Assembly (NCBI GenBank): GCA_030704615.1
Contig: CM060734.1
Location: 8,060,001-8,124,000 of the forward strand
DNA length: 64,000 nucleotides
Direction: 5' to 3'
Source of the DNA: Takakia lepidozioides
Taxonomy: Eukaryota > Plantae > Bryophyta
Shown: in pieces, positions 12,432 to 25,135 of the stretch
How positions within the stretch are numbered: position 1 is the stretch's first letter
Layout of the letters: each line of letters begins with the position of its first letter
Notes under the pieces: generated by a model
The model's input: only the letters and a program-made list of their open reading frames with translations
What the model was told of the DNA's origin: nothing
Database searches by the model: none
Made by a program: the position numbers and the translations under genes

Positions 12432-13670
12432 ATGACTGTAGACAAAGTGTCTGAGGACCCTGAGGCTAGTGATGAGCCAGGTGCTACCCAAGATATACAT
12501 GAGGATTCGGCTGTGTTGGACTACCTCCATACTGGAGACACGACAGCCACTGTGACTGCCAAGGAGAGGGATCGGATCCTGCAACGAGCCAAGAGGTTCA
12601 AGTGGGAGGGGATACACCTGCTCCGAGTGTGGGAGGATGGTCGGGTCAAGATTGTGCCTCACCCAACACAGTGTGCACGGTTAGTGCGGCATGCCCATGA
12701 GGAGTTGGGGCATTTTGGAGTGTGACGCACTCACAGTTTACTACAGGGGCAGTATTGGTGGCGTGGTATGCATACAGAGGTGCAACAGTTCGTGGCTAGG
12801 TGTATGGTATGTGACAGGGTGCGTGCTTCATTCAACACCCCTACACCCCAATTGCATCTTCTTCCGATCATGGGATTGGGCTACAGATGGAGTCTTGACT
12901 TCGCAAGACCGTTGCCACTGACGATGCGCCACCACAGATATGTGTTGGTGATGGTGGAGCACTTCTCCAAGTGGATTGAGTTGGTTCCATTGCCTGACAA
13001 GACTAGTGAGGGGGCTGCGTATGCATTCTTGGATCGTGTGCTTAGCTGATTCGGTGCTTCAGCTAAGGTACTCACGGACCAAGGGAGAGAGTTTTTGGGG
13101 GAGTTTCAGGCTTTGTGTGATAAAGCTTTGATAGACCACCGCACCACTTCTGGGGATCATCCTGAGGCCGATGGCTTGGCAGAGAGAGTTGTTCAGACAG
13201 TGAAGAGGGGTTTGCGCAAGTATGGCTTGCAGAAGGGACACCTAAGAGATTGGGATCTTCAGGTGCCTTGGTTAGCCATGGGCTACAGGTTCAGCAAACA
13301 AACATCACTTGCTTCCTTCTCACCATATTTCCTTCTCTTTGGCCGAGAGCCGGATTTGCCTGCAGCCATTTGTAGAGACACTGCTCAAGTCCTTAACCTT
13401 GACGATCCGGACGTGTGGGTACGTGCATGTGGTCAGCGTGCAGAGTTGTTCAAGAAAGTCATGCCCATGGCTTTTGAGAACCTTGCCATTACACAGCACC
13501 GTGATACGTTGAGGTATGCCACTATACGTGGTAGAGGATATCGTCCTGGGGTTTGGAGGTTTAGCCCTGGTGACTATGTTTATTTGCAGCAGACTGCTCC
13601 CATGACCCTAGATGTCACTGCAGGGCGTGTTATTCTGAGGGTTCGAGAGGTGTTGCCCTCGGGAGTCCTG
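12432..13670 (+). mobile_element. Ty3/Gypsy integrase (pseudogene)
   Basis: HHCC finger (HEELGH...CMVC), WSLDF, VLTDQGREF, HPEADGLAER, FSPYFLLFGR, FSPGDYV. Two in-frame TGA stops (12723, 13047). Confidence 0.95.
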
Positions 13671-14626
13671 ATCTTCCTTGATTTGCCAAAGATGAAGGTG
13701 CCCCCCTTAGAGACCAATAAGGTCGGTGACCCCATTGGTGAGTATTGGGAGGCCATGAAAAAAGTAGCCTTCGACTTGGCGGCGAGGTGGCTCCCTTGGC
13801 ATGTTGATTGGCCACGCCAATCACATCACCATAGGCGAGCATTCGTGCAAGCACTTGAGGGCACATTTCCGGGTGAGTGGAATGAGGGGAAGCTCTTGGA
13901 GCTGGTGGGAAAGAACCTCAAGGACAAGAGGTACCGTGCGCGACAAACCATTTGCAAGGCACTCAAGGCGGGGGCGAACCAACGACCATGCCACATGGAA
14001 TAACCAAGGTAAGACGCACTTCACTTGTCATTGGCGTCTTTGAATGCATGTTCATTGCGGTATGGAGTTCATTAACATTTATAGTGTCTTTGTTGGGGCT
14101 GGACATGAATCTTGGGAGGCTCTCATCGCAGGGGAGAGGGAAGAGCTGAAGGCGGAGATCTTTGCAAGGGGATGTGCGGCAACTGCAGCCCTCCTCGAGA
14201 AGTGTGCGGAAGCAAGGTTTTATCACCCGATTCGTAAGTGTTCTTTTTCGTCATACCCATTCTTCTTTTTTAGCTTCTCCCTTCCATTATGAATTCTAAC
14301 CTGTCATTGCATTTGTATGTCATGTGCAGAAAAAGAAGTTTCAGAGGCCTCCCTCCGCCGTCGAGCACAACTTTTGCAAGACTCAGGGGTGGAAGGCCCT
14401 TGTAGCCTCAATGGCTCAGACGCCACAATTGACGGAGGATAGTGCATCTGTAGGGGTAGGGATGGGTAGTTCAGTGGCTTGGCCGGATGGGGGAGAGCCA
14501 GTAGTAGGGGGTGGTTTGAAGGATGATGTAATCTCGGACTCGGCCTCATCATCCTCCAAATTGGAGGCCCAGCGTAGCTTGCATTCCTCGGACGAGTACA
14601 CCTATGACTCAGGTGATGAGGAGTGA
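13671..14626 (+). mobile_element. En/Spm (Ptta/Transposase_24-like) spliced ORF remnant
   Basis: W.VDWPRQ...FPGEWNE...KNLKDKRYRAR...RP...ESWEALI pattern typical of CACTA accessory proteins. Apparent GT-AG introns at ~14009-14084 and ~14235-14328. Confidence 0.45.
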
Positions 14627-14644
14627 GGGAAAGATATATTTACC

Positions 14645-16215
14645 TGGTGGTCAGAGGCAACGGTCGCCGCAATGGAAATGCCCAATTGCGCCAAGAGCAC
14701 CGCCTTCTCGCTGGGAGATGCGGCATCCCAAATTGGCAAGAGGTTGTCGGCACCAACCAAATGATGCATGGTCAAGGTGGAGACACCCCCGGTGCTGCCA
14801 TGAACATGTGAGGGAGAGGGCGCCGCAACACCGGGGGATAAAGATAATATAGCCGCCGCCGCAGCCTCGGCGACGGCCTCATGTTGCCACAATGAACTCC
14901 CCCTAGCATCGCCACCCTCCTCCACCTCTGACCCCAACCCATGGCTCAAAGTGCGTGAGGTATTCTGCTCCGCCCTCTCCCTCTTTCTTGCCTCAAGCAG
15001 GGCTGCCCGTGAACGTTCCATGACAGCCTTAATATGCAATGATGGGCTAGGGCCATCCGGGATATCGAGGTAACCCTTCCTAGGGCCCTCCGTAATAATC
15101 CTAAGAGATCCAGGTGGTGTACGCCCTACCTCTAACTCATCGGCATGAGCAGATGGAATTGCAGGGGGGCCACTCACAAGATGCTGCAAGGAGGTGGTAT
15201 GGATAGTACCATAGAAATTTGCCGGAGGGACCGGTGCAGGGGGGGGGGGGGGGGGGGGGGGGGTCGGGGGACTCCTGGGGTAGCAATAGTCGGGGCAGGA
15301 CCAGCAGCCGCGGGGGGTGGGGAGGTAGCAACATCCGTCGAGGCTCCCACCTCGCCTCTCTTCTTCTTCTTCGAGTAATGCGCGGGGCCAGATCCAGGTT
15401 ATCATGTCGTTTCTTCTTCTTCCCGGAAGGAGGGCGACGAGGGGTCTAGCCCTCATCTCGGGCCATGCCTACAATGTAAACAAATGCCCATGACCTCAAA
15501 AGAAGAAAAAAAAAACAGGGATGGTACCATAGAACATATTAACAAACAAACAAAACTAGCTAAGATTTATTTATAAAAATAAAATAAATAAATAAAAATA
15601 AAAACCCAACTAACAAACAAACAAAACTAACTAAAGTAACAAAAAATTAAAATTACACCCTCACTAACAAACAACCAACCAAGCCCCTAAGCTAATTAAC
15701 ACTAAACCAAGTAAACTAAGTCACTAAGTAACAAATTTTATTTTATTTTCTGAAGGGAAACACCTAGGAACTCACAAATCAGGCCCCTTGATAGTGAGAG
15801 GAGAAAATAACCACTTTCACAGTAACCTCGCCGTGAAGGCTTTCTGATGGGACACTGCCCAAGGGAAGGGGGACAAGAGCATATCATACCTGTCGCGGCC
15901 CTTTGCCTTGAGGGCAGGGGGTCGGGACACGAGAGGGGCTGCCCTTGTGGTGGGGGCGGTGACAACAATAGATGCGGGGGCTGAAGCACCCTTGAGTGCC
16001 CAAGGCACTCCAGGAGGCGGAGGCGCTCACTAGGTGGAGCCCCGCACACCGGGTTGCGGTGGGGGTGGTTCCACAAGGGGTGGTGGTAGCTTAGCGGGAC
16101 TTAGTGGGGGTGACATAGGACTCACCATGGGGCGGAGACCTTGTGGTGGGAGTCGTGGGGAGTCTTGGGACTCATCATGGTCCAATGGGGCGGTGGTGGG
16201 TGGGCCAAGACTCAC
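14645..16215 (-). pseudogene. Pro/Ala-rich spliced ORF remnant, probably TE-encoded
   Basis: Two GC-rich exon-like blocks (~16215-15890, ~15468-14645) with CAG|GTATGA and CAG|GTAAAT donors, separated by an AT-rich intron of AACAAAC-type repeats. Contains stops and a 25-nt G run (15239-15263). Confidence 0.3.
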
Positions 16216-16229
16216 TGCGACTCATCACC

Positions 16230-16629
16230 GGGAATCGAGGGTCTTCGTGGTGGTTCGCCATAAAAGGATGGTGTTGTTTGTGGAACCCCCGCGGACAGTC
16301 ACAAAAGTATATATAGGGAGTAGTAACCCCGAGAACGGTGCAAGCCCGTTGGTGACCAAAAACTAGTGAGTAAGCGAGCGAGCCGGAAAACGACCAAGGA
16401 GTGGGGAGCTATTCCGGACTGCCATCTACCAAAGGGAATTTCCACTAGGCCCAAATTGGTGGAGGGTCTGTTGGGGGAAGAAAGGGGGACCGTTATGCCC
16501 CGGTGAGTAGCCAAAGCTCCGAGTTGGCCCGGCGGCCAGGTTGGGAGTGAGGCGCGCGCATCAAAGTGAATAACTATGACTTGAAGGGGAGCTTACCAAA
16601 GTGAGGTGCGCGACACTTGGTATCAGAGC
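16230..16629 (+). mobile_element. 3' part of a Gypsy 5' LTR plus tRNA-iMet primer-binding site
   Basis: LTR ends ...GCGCGACA at 16615, then a 2-nt gap and TGGTATCAGAGC (16618-16629, canonical iMet PBS). TATATATA at ~16308. Left boundary not defined. Confidence 0.8.
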
Positions 16630-16670
16630 TTAGAGTTCAGTACACAATCGTCCTTGGGATCGGCCTCATC

Positions 16671-17519
16671 ATGGGGTCGGGCAAGCCAAAGCGAAAGCGG
16701 ACGGCCTGAAAGATGATGATCCTTGTGAGCCCGATGTGGGCGACATGTCACCGAAGCGGCCGTTTGAGGAAGCGATGCATGCTTTTGAAAACAAGGCCGC
16801 TCAAGAATGGGAGGAATCTGAGGAGTCAGAGCCCGAGGAATACCAGAGAGCTCCGACAGACCAACAAATGTCTCCCATGCCAGCAGCCTTTTGGGAAGGG
16901 TTGTTGGCGCAGTTTGGCGGGACGTTGAAAGACGTGTTGAAGGCGGCTAATGCCACTTCCACTAAGGCAAAGTTTAAGGTGAAGCCTAAGGAACCCGACA
17001 CCTTCGAGGGCATCCGAAATTGGAAGGCACTCAACACCTGGCTCTTGGAGCTAGAGCAGTACTTCCGGACGGCCAAGTGATGAGGATCGGGTGGAAGTGG
17101 CTCCCACCTATTGCTATGCTCAACAATGGTGGCAGAAACGCCTTCACGACCGAGGTCCAAACCCGGAAACCTTGAATTGGAGTGGGTTCAAGGAACTGAT
17201 GAAGAGACAGTTTGTGCCCCTCAACGCGTCCTGGCTCGCCCGGGACAAGATGAGGAATCTGAAGCAAACGGATGACATTCAGGGATATGTTCAGGCTTTC
17301 AATGTGCTGTTGCTCGAAGTCGCGGACATGGCAGAACCAAAAATGGTCTTCAACTTTGTGGCGGGACTGGCCCCATGGGCCAGACAGAAGTTGGCGGAGA
17401 AGCCACCTAAGACTTTGAACGAGGCAATTGAGAGGGCTGAATGTTTCTCGGATGTCCCTAGGGGCGAAAGACAAGGCCGTACGGAGCTGAACCACAAGAA
17501 GACCCGGCTAACCAACTGA
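16671..17519 (+). mobile_element. Ty3/Gypsy gag (frameshifted, 3'-truncated)
   Basis: KPKEPDTFEG...WLLELEQYF, AQQWW, WSGFKELMKRQFVP, LKQT...YVQAF, FVAGL, PKTLNEAI (Retrotrans_gag pattern) directly after the PBS. Confidence 0.9.
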
Positions 17520-17559
17520 GCTATTGACTGCTGGTGTAACAAACCCACCAACCAAACAA

Positions 17560-19739
17560 TTAAAAACAGGCAAAAAAAAAAACCATGTTTTTATTATTAT
17601 AGATAGCCGTTAGTGGGGCTATATTGGAGGTAGCCGCACGAGCTGCTATGCGGCTCGCACTTGGTGAGTGAGAGAGAGAGAGGGATGTACAACAGGCAAG
17701 ACGACGAGCGAGAAGCCGAGCTGCACACGACCAAACACATATCAGGGGGCGAGCAAGCAAACTTGAAAACTTGAAAAAAAAAACCCCTTTGCGAGCTTCC
17801 TTTGGTTGTTTGACCTCTTCCCCATTGTTGGTCGCAAATAATGCCCAAGGTCCCGACTTGCGGCCATAAGGTACCCAAAATGTGGCTTGTCGTCGTAAAG
17901 AGGCAATGTGCTCAACCAAGCTCGCCTGTCGAGTGATGGATTCCTCGGTCTCACGACTTCTACATTTACTGGAAGACTCACAAACATGCCTATCAACATG
18001 CGGAATGGCCTCGACAACCGGCTGTAAATCCGTTGGTGCAGCAACAATTTCATGGTTGACCATTGTTGCCTCACAAAGATAATCCAAGATCAAATGTTGG
18101 ATGTGTCGCCATAACCACTCCTCAAATGTGAAGGCCCAAGGACACTAGTGATACCTTGCACTGAAGAGCCCTGGTACGGTGGGACAATGCACTCAAAGCT
18201 ATGGCACATAGGGACAAAGCACTGGATCAAAACCCATATGCCCTCCCCATTGCCCCATTTCCTACTCATCCACCCATATAGGCAATGCCCAACACTTACC
18301 TCAAAAATAAAAACAACAAGAACAAGCAAAAGTTAAGAACCAATGCATTCTAGATGCTCATGGTGTGACATGGTGTGATAATTTCCATGCAAAGAATGTG
18401 TAATTGTACTTGTGTGAAGGCCCAAGGATGCTGGTACCCTGCATGTGTGGCAATGTGGAGGGCTTATGGGTTTTGATCCGTGGTGCCTGGTCCCTGTGTA
18501 CCACTCCTTGTGTACCAGGGCCAGAGTACATTGTCCCACCGTACCAGGGTCTTTAGGGTTCCTACTCATCCACTTATATAGGCAATGCTCAACACTAGAT
18601 GCTCATGGTATGACAATTTCCATGCAATGAATGTCTAATAACATTGCTTGAAGGCCCAATTATGTTGGAACAATATATTGAAGGCGTACCTTGCACTTAC
18701 AGGCCTTGAAGACCCTAGTACGGTGGGACAATGCACTCAAAGCCCTGGTACACAGAGACAAGGCACTGGATCAAAACCCATAAGCCTCCCACATTGCCCC
18801 ATTTCCTGCTCATGCACCCATGGCAATGCTCAACAATTAGCTCAAAAATAAAAACAAAGATCACAAGCAAAAATAAAGAACCCATACATTCTAGATGCTC
18901 AATATAGTGTGACAATTTCCTGCAATGGATGTCTAAGTATGCTTGAAGGCCCAATGATATTGGACAATATATTGAAGGCATACCAGCTTGCACTTAAGGC
19001 CCTGAAGACCCTGGTACGGTGGGACAATGCACTCAAAGCCCTGATACACAGGGACTGATACACAAGGACAAGGCACCGGATTAAAACCCATAAGCCATCC
19101 CCATTGCCCCATTTCCTTACTCATCCACCCATATAGGCAATTCCCAACACTTAGCTCAAAAATAAAAACAACAGGAACAAGCAAAATTTGAGAAGCAATG
19201 CATTCTAGATGTATGCCCAAATATGCTTGCTTTTATGAAGTGTAAAAGCCCAAGGAGGCACTGTACAATGAATGGAGGCGCTGGTACACTGCACACTGGT
19301 ACCTTGCATTGGAGGCTTCATATAGTGGGACAATGCACTCAAAGCCTTTAAGGTATGCAGGGACGTTGCACTGAAGGTTGGTACGCTTGATTGAAGGCGC
19401 TTGTAGGTTGGTACGATTGTACGCTCATACAAGGTGATAGCACAATGGTGCATAGGGAGGTTAGCTCTCTTAAGGATACACAAGGAAGATGAAGAAGACG
19501 GCGAAGACACGTTATCCTTTTTATTTATCCTCAACTATTATATATTTATCCATGTGTAAAGGGTATATCTCAATGATTTACCCTTCAGACGTGTAAGGGT
19601 AAGGATAGTTCAAACTATTTACCCGCTTGAAGGGTAAGGGTAAGGGTAAATAAAAATGGTATATCCGAGTAAATTATTTACCCTTACCCTGATTTACCCG
19701 CCGGGTAAATCCGGATAAATGATTACCCGGACAACATTG
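17560..19739 (-). mobile_element. Internally deleted hAT-family element (5' end), related to the element at 58571
   Basis: Terminus reads CAATGTTGTCCGGGTA on the - strand from 19739, versus CAGTGTTGTGCGGGTA at 58571. Dense TACCC/GGGTA subterminal motifs at 19555-19730. Peptide IASLRRQATFWVPYGRKSGPWALFATNN (~17820-17910) matches IARLRKQTQFWKPHGRRSGPWAFFATNN at ~59048-59135. Confidence 0.72.
18110..19350. repeat. Tandem repeat of ~270-300-bp units inside the hAT derivative
   Basis: CCCTGGTACGGTGGGACAATGCACTCAAAGC...AAAACCCATA...CATTCTAGATG at ~18170, 18713, 19009 and a partial copy at 19326. An inverted copy of the core lies at ~18447-18553. Confidence 0.85.
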
Positions 19740-21772
19740 GAAAATACCAGACAACAGGGGAGCAAGGCACAACGAAACAGTGGGGAGCACATAACAGGGG
19801 AGCAAAGAGACTACGAGGGGAAGATGACGATACAACAGAGCGGAAAATACCAGACAACAGGGGAGGAAGGGACAATGAAGCATAGGGGAGCAGAGGAAGC
19901 ACAGTTACCTGCAACCACTTCTTGTGCGCAAGCACTCCACGATGGAAAATGGCGCCAGATGCAATGTGTTGTACAAAGGCCTTATATTACCAACCATTCT
20001 CTCCATATTTGAGGAAAGTAGACGGCAATAGAGTTGTATCCCTATCCAAGAGAATGAGTGTTCCCGGCTTTACAATGGAATCGCCATGGGCGATTGTGAA
20101 ATCAACTCCTTCAATCTCATCCACAATAGTCTACACTTGCTGGCGTATGAACCCAACTCCAACAACGGACATGGGGGTAGCCTCCAGGAGAGCAGGCGGA
20201 GGAGAGAATGGAGGTCAGCACGATCTATACGACGAAAGAACAAAACAGGGGAGCGAAACGCAATGACACGGAGGACACGGAGGAGCTCCTGAACTGACAG
20301 ACGTGGCGCATGAGGAGTCGTGATCATAAATAGAAATGCCGCCAAAGAGTAATAGCGGCATCTCGCACACGCGCTCGCGTCGGTTGGGCTGAGACGACAG
20401 GGGAGCGTACGATGTATGTATATACATCGTATCTGAATATGATGTATGGCAGATCGCGTACATGATGCCCGAAATGGGGAACGCAAATACTGCAAGGAAC
20501 GGGGGACCAAGCAAAAAAACAGGGGAGCAGGCAGACATGGGAGCGCAGACAAACGGGGGCTGAATACAGGGAGTGGTTGCCAACTTCAATGACTGATAAG
20601 ACCATTTTGTTGCCCCCAAAACTACAACGCACAGCAGCCTATTGCATGCAGCAGTGGAACACATTCCAAACACATGAACAGAACATGAATACAACAAGAA
20701 TGCATCCGAAATGAGCCATACTGGTCAGAATCTGATTGTTAGTCATACCACCTTGTAGCCAGCATATTGAAGATGCCCCGTGATCTGTCACAACACCAGA
20801 GACAAATACTTACATGGAATACGGTCAGAACAAATGGAACAACGTGTGTTGTGGTCATGGGAAACTTGGGAGGACACAGACACATGGATCCAACATGGAA
20901 TGAGAATATTTTTGCACGATAGCCAGGGGATATCCCAGTAGGTTGTTGGCCGCACCATCCAAAACAATTGAAGATTTGGAGGCAAAAAAGCCATCATCAT
21001 AGCGCGAATCATAAGAATAGTGTAAGAAGAAAGAACATTCGTCACACGCGAAGAAGAAACCCTCACTATGTGCAGAAGCCGTTCTTATAGCTCGGTTGTG
21101 GAACGTCGATGGAAAATGGACGGTCAGAAACAGGGGAGTAGAGATACAGGGGAGCGAAGGAGGGGAGCATAAGTATAAAAGAGCGAAGGAGGGGAGCATA
21201 AGTATAAAAGAGCGAAGGAGGGGAGCGGAAAGGGGGGGGGGGGGGGGGGCAAGAGGGGAGCAGAGATATATGGGAGCTAGGGGAGCGGTTTCGCGCCAGG
21301 GGGAGCGAATCAGGGGAGCAGAGACACAGGGGAGCGGAGAGCGGCCGGGGGTGGGGAAACAGAGGAAGCAGATATACAAGGGAGCGGAGAGCAGCGCGGG
21401 GGGAGGGGAGCAGAGCTACAGGGGAGCGAGCGAAGAGGGGAGCAGATATACAGGGGATCGGAGAGCGGCTGGGGGCGGGGGACGGGGAGTAGAAATATAG
21501 GGGAGCGAAGAGCGGCGCGGGGGGGGGAACAGGGGAGTTAGATCTGCAGGGGAGCGGAGAGTGTCGCGGAGAGGGGGAACGGAGAAGCGGGGGAGCGGGC
21601 GGGCCGGGCGGGGAGGGGCGGGGCGGGTCGGGTCTGGGGGCGGGCAGGGCTGCGCCCAGGGGGGGGGGGATTTGACAGGGAGGCTCCGGCAGCGCGCCGG
21701 AGGCCGCACGCCTCTGTGGGAGTGGGGCCCACGCTCTCGCACGCGCGCATTAAACTCCCGTCCTGTGTCTAG
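19740..21772 (+). mobile_element. GGGGAGC-motif-rich element, possible Helitron 3' end
   Basis: Numerous (CA)GGGGAGC motifs at 19755-19895 and 21130-21600. GC hairpins CTCCGGC-AGCGC-GCCGGAG and GTGGGGCCCAC, then CTAG|T at 21769-21773. Hairpin spacing is not canonical and no Rep/Hel ORF is seen. Confidence 0.35.
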
Positions 21773-21935
21773 TGTAAACTGTAAACCTTTGAAAAATACT
21801 CAAAAAAAGAAGGAAACACTTTATCTAGTTCACGGTGTGAGAAGGGCTAAAATTAAGCGCTTTGCTTGCGCTGTGGAGAGGGATGGTTTTTAGGGTTTGG
21901 AGAGTCCTCTGTGAATTGGGTCTGTAGGTCCTCGC

Positions 21936-24158
21936 ATGGCCGAGAGTGTGGCAGCATCAGAGCTGCGAGAAAGAGCGTTCCTGGCAAAGACGTCACAGCC
22001 GTCGACTAGCTATGGAGGTGGTGGAGAAATGGGTGCTCCACATAAGGAAACCTTTCAAACAAAAACAGGAGGAGGGGCGGGACAACAACAACGGATGCAC
22101 GATGGGCTGTCGTTTGGGCAGTACATGCTGGCGGGATCCCTAGCTGGGATGACAGAGCACATGGCGATGTTTCCTGTAGATCTTATCAAGACGCGGATGC
22201 AGATGATGCAGAGTGCGGGGGGGTCGGACCATGTCACAGTTTTGAAGTCCATGAGGGATATCCTTAAGAAGGAAGGGCTGTTAGGGCTGTACAGAGGTAT
22301 CGGTGCAATGGGGTTAGGGGCTGGTCCAGCGCATGCTGTCTATTTTGCAACTTATGAGACCGTTAAGGAGAAATTAGGGGGAAATAGAGAGGGCCATCAT
22401 CCATTGCTTCATGCCATAGCTGGTGCTTGCGCAACTGTTTCCAGCGATGCTGTATTTACTCCCATGGATGTGGTCAAGCAAAGATTGCAGCTGAGAAGGA
22501 GCCCGTATAAGGGCGTTTGGAATTGCATTCAGCGCATGCTGAAAGAGGAGGGGATGGGAGCGTTCTATGCATCATACAGGACCACCGTGCTGATGAACAT
22601 CCCGTTCACGGCCATCCACTTTGCATCATACGAGGCAGTAAAAAAGGTATCTTTGATCAATCAATTGTTGAGAGAGAGAAAGGGAGAGAGAGGATTGCCC
22701 TGACATGCTTGTTTATCTTTCTTTGAGCTCCCAGAGGCAACAGTTGTTTTGAAGTACCTCCCAAGAACTGATAGCCATCCCGGAGACTGGAAAATGCTCC
22801 TATAAATTCATATTCTGCACTGGTATACAGCATAACCCAGCTTAATGCTAGTAAGATTGGTTTCACCCAGGCGCCTGGGACTTCTGTTTATTTACAATAG
22901 GTCATTTTGTAAACTTATTCAGCATTTCCAAATTGGCAGCAGCGTTGGAATCAGGTTATTTGAAGATTTATGTGTCCTGCTCAAACATTCGATAATTAAG
23001 CAGGCCCGGACACAAGACTGCTTGGCTGACTAATTTGCTCTGATCTCCTTGTAATTGTTGCTAGATGCTGGTTGAAAAGTACCCGGAGTATGCTGATGAG
23101 GAGCATTTGATTGTGCACCTAATAGCAGGCGGGGTGGCGGGTGGACTGGCCAGTGCCGTCACAACCCCCCTTGATGTTATAAAAACAAGGTTGCAATGCC
23201 AGGTATTGTCTTTCTGCGTATCTAGAATGACGTTTGTGTTTTGAGAGAAGGATTCCACTGGGGGAAGCTCTGAGGGTCGTGCTCTCAGTGTATTCTGCTG
23301 TGCTTTAGCTTTCAGTCAGCGAATTTGGAGGCAGGAAGGAAGGTTGTGGGATGGAGAGAGATGATGATGTACTTTGACCTTTCCCTGCAGACATTCGCTA
23401 TGACGTCGCTTGAGGCATAGCCACTGGGATACTGACCTTCCACGTTCCGGTGAGAGAGAGAAATGTACTCATAAGGCATTTGCTGTAGCCTTGTGGACGG
23501 TGTGTGGGAGAGTGAGAGAGGGGAGACGCACCATGGAGACAGAATTACCTAGTCATTGCTGCCCTTCCTTGAGGCATAGTTCCATACGAACCCTCCTGGC
23601 TGGATGTTAACGAATAAGATCAAACCCCAAAATTCTAGAGCCTCTTGTTGCACAGCCAAAATTTGAACACAAGCCTGGTTTAATTCTGTTGGTGGGTGGG
23701 TGACAAAGTGCCCCGTCAAAGTCTTTGAGTTTGGTTATTCCATACATAAAATACCATCACTTTGATCTGAGGAGCAGCACATATGTATACTCTGTGACCC
23801 CTTCTCACTCTCAGAATCTGTTCATGAACCACATCTCTCTGTTATTTGTGCAGTTGTCGACTGGCTTTTTCAATTTTGAGATAAAGCTGTGGAAATTCAC
23901 TGAACTTCCTTTATTGATAGAAAGGATTCTGCTTTCATACGGGGGTGTTTGCAGGGGGTATGCGGAGCAGAGCGATTCAGCAGTGGATCAGTGATGGAGG
24001 TAGCAGGCAGGATTGTAAAGCAAGAAGGGTGGAGTGCACTGCTCAGGGGCATGCGACCCCGTGTTTTATTCCACACACCTGCAGCTGCTATCTGCTGGTC
24101 AACTTATGAAGCTGCCAAATCTTTTTTACAAAAATGGAATGAAAAGCACAGGCTATAA
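21936..24158 (+). CDS. Mitochondrial carrier family protein, mitoferrin (MIT1/Mrs3/4)-like; exons 21936-22646, 23065-23202, 23955-24158 (~350 aa)
   Basis: Three carrier signatures (PVDLIKTRMQ, PMDVVKQRLQ, PLDVIKTRLQ). Mitoferrin-type EHMAMFP, GAGPAHAVYF, MNIPF and PAAAICWSTYE. GT-AG junctions keep frame. Confidence 0.93.
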
Positions 24159-25135
24159 GCCTTTCTCAAATTTGGGACGGTTTTCAAATGGAATGGTTTG
24201 TCATTGTTTGAGGAGTGGGGAGTCAATTCTGGGGGGGGTGGTACATGTGTCTCACAACATATCATTGTTCAAATTTGATTGAGAAGGGCTGCCTCTTTCA
24301 CTTACATATGCAAGTCTGGAGAATCCGGGTTTCTGATTGACACTTGTTCCAATAATATTAATCAACAAATACCCTCACTGTTGGTCGCAGTGAATCTCTT
24401 TCTGTGACCAGGTTATACAAGCTCAGACAATGACAAGATACCCAGTTCCCTTTCCAATTGATTGGGAAAGCCAGGCTTCCCACTAACTACTTGAGAATCT
24501 TTGGGCTACTATTGGAAGGCAGTGTCAATTGAAGACTGAAGACAATCCTGAATTGGAGAAACTGCAAGCCGACGCAGATGAGCACAAGTATCAGAAAAGA
24601 TAACAGCCTTTCCTTCAAAGTGACAGTTGGCAGATGGGGGGTCCATCTGCACCATGTTGTCTGGCTGACCTTAACAGTAGACAAGGGAGATGCGATCATG
24701 GTCGCTGACCTCCCAGTTGACCTCCCAAGAACCTCATATGTTGAATTTGAAATCCAATGGACTGATATCCCTTGAATGAGTACTAAAGTGACAAGATGGG
24801 GAGAAGAGAGTGACACAGCAATATAGTTTCGTTTCCATGACTCAGCACCATTGGATCCAAAACCAAAGCTTATAGGCTAGGCCCAGAAGAGGATGTAAAG
24901 TAATATCTGCAGTGACTGCATTAGTGTCATAAATGCAATCTGAAGCAAGTGCGATCTAACTTACTGCAGGTCAAGCAAATAGTGTCCAAGACTAAATCTT
25001 GTGAAATGGTAATGATAACTAAACCCTAGAGTATAGAGATAGAGAATGTACTCATAAGACGACGTTTGCGGTAGCCTTGTGACCATTGACCCCGCACTCA
25101 GTTTGAGCGGAACACGACGGCACAGACTACCTTTG

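Noticed and set aside
15891-16615. Complete 725-bp LTR bounded by TGTCGCG...CGCGACA
   Set aside because: The left motif coincides with a minus-strand exon end and splice donor of an unrelated ORF. No second LTR or TSD confirms it.
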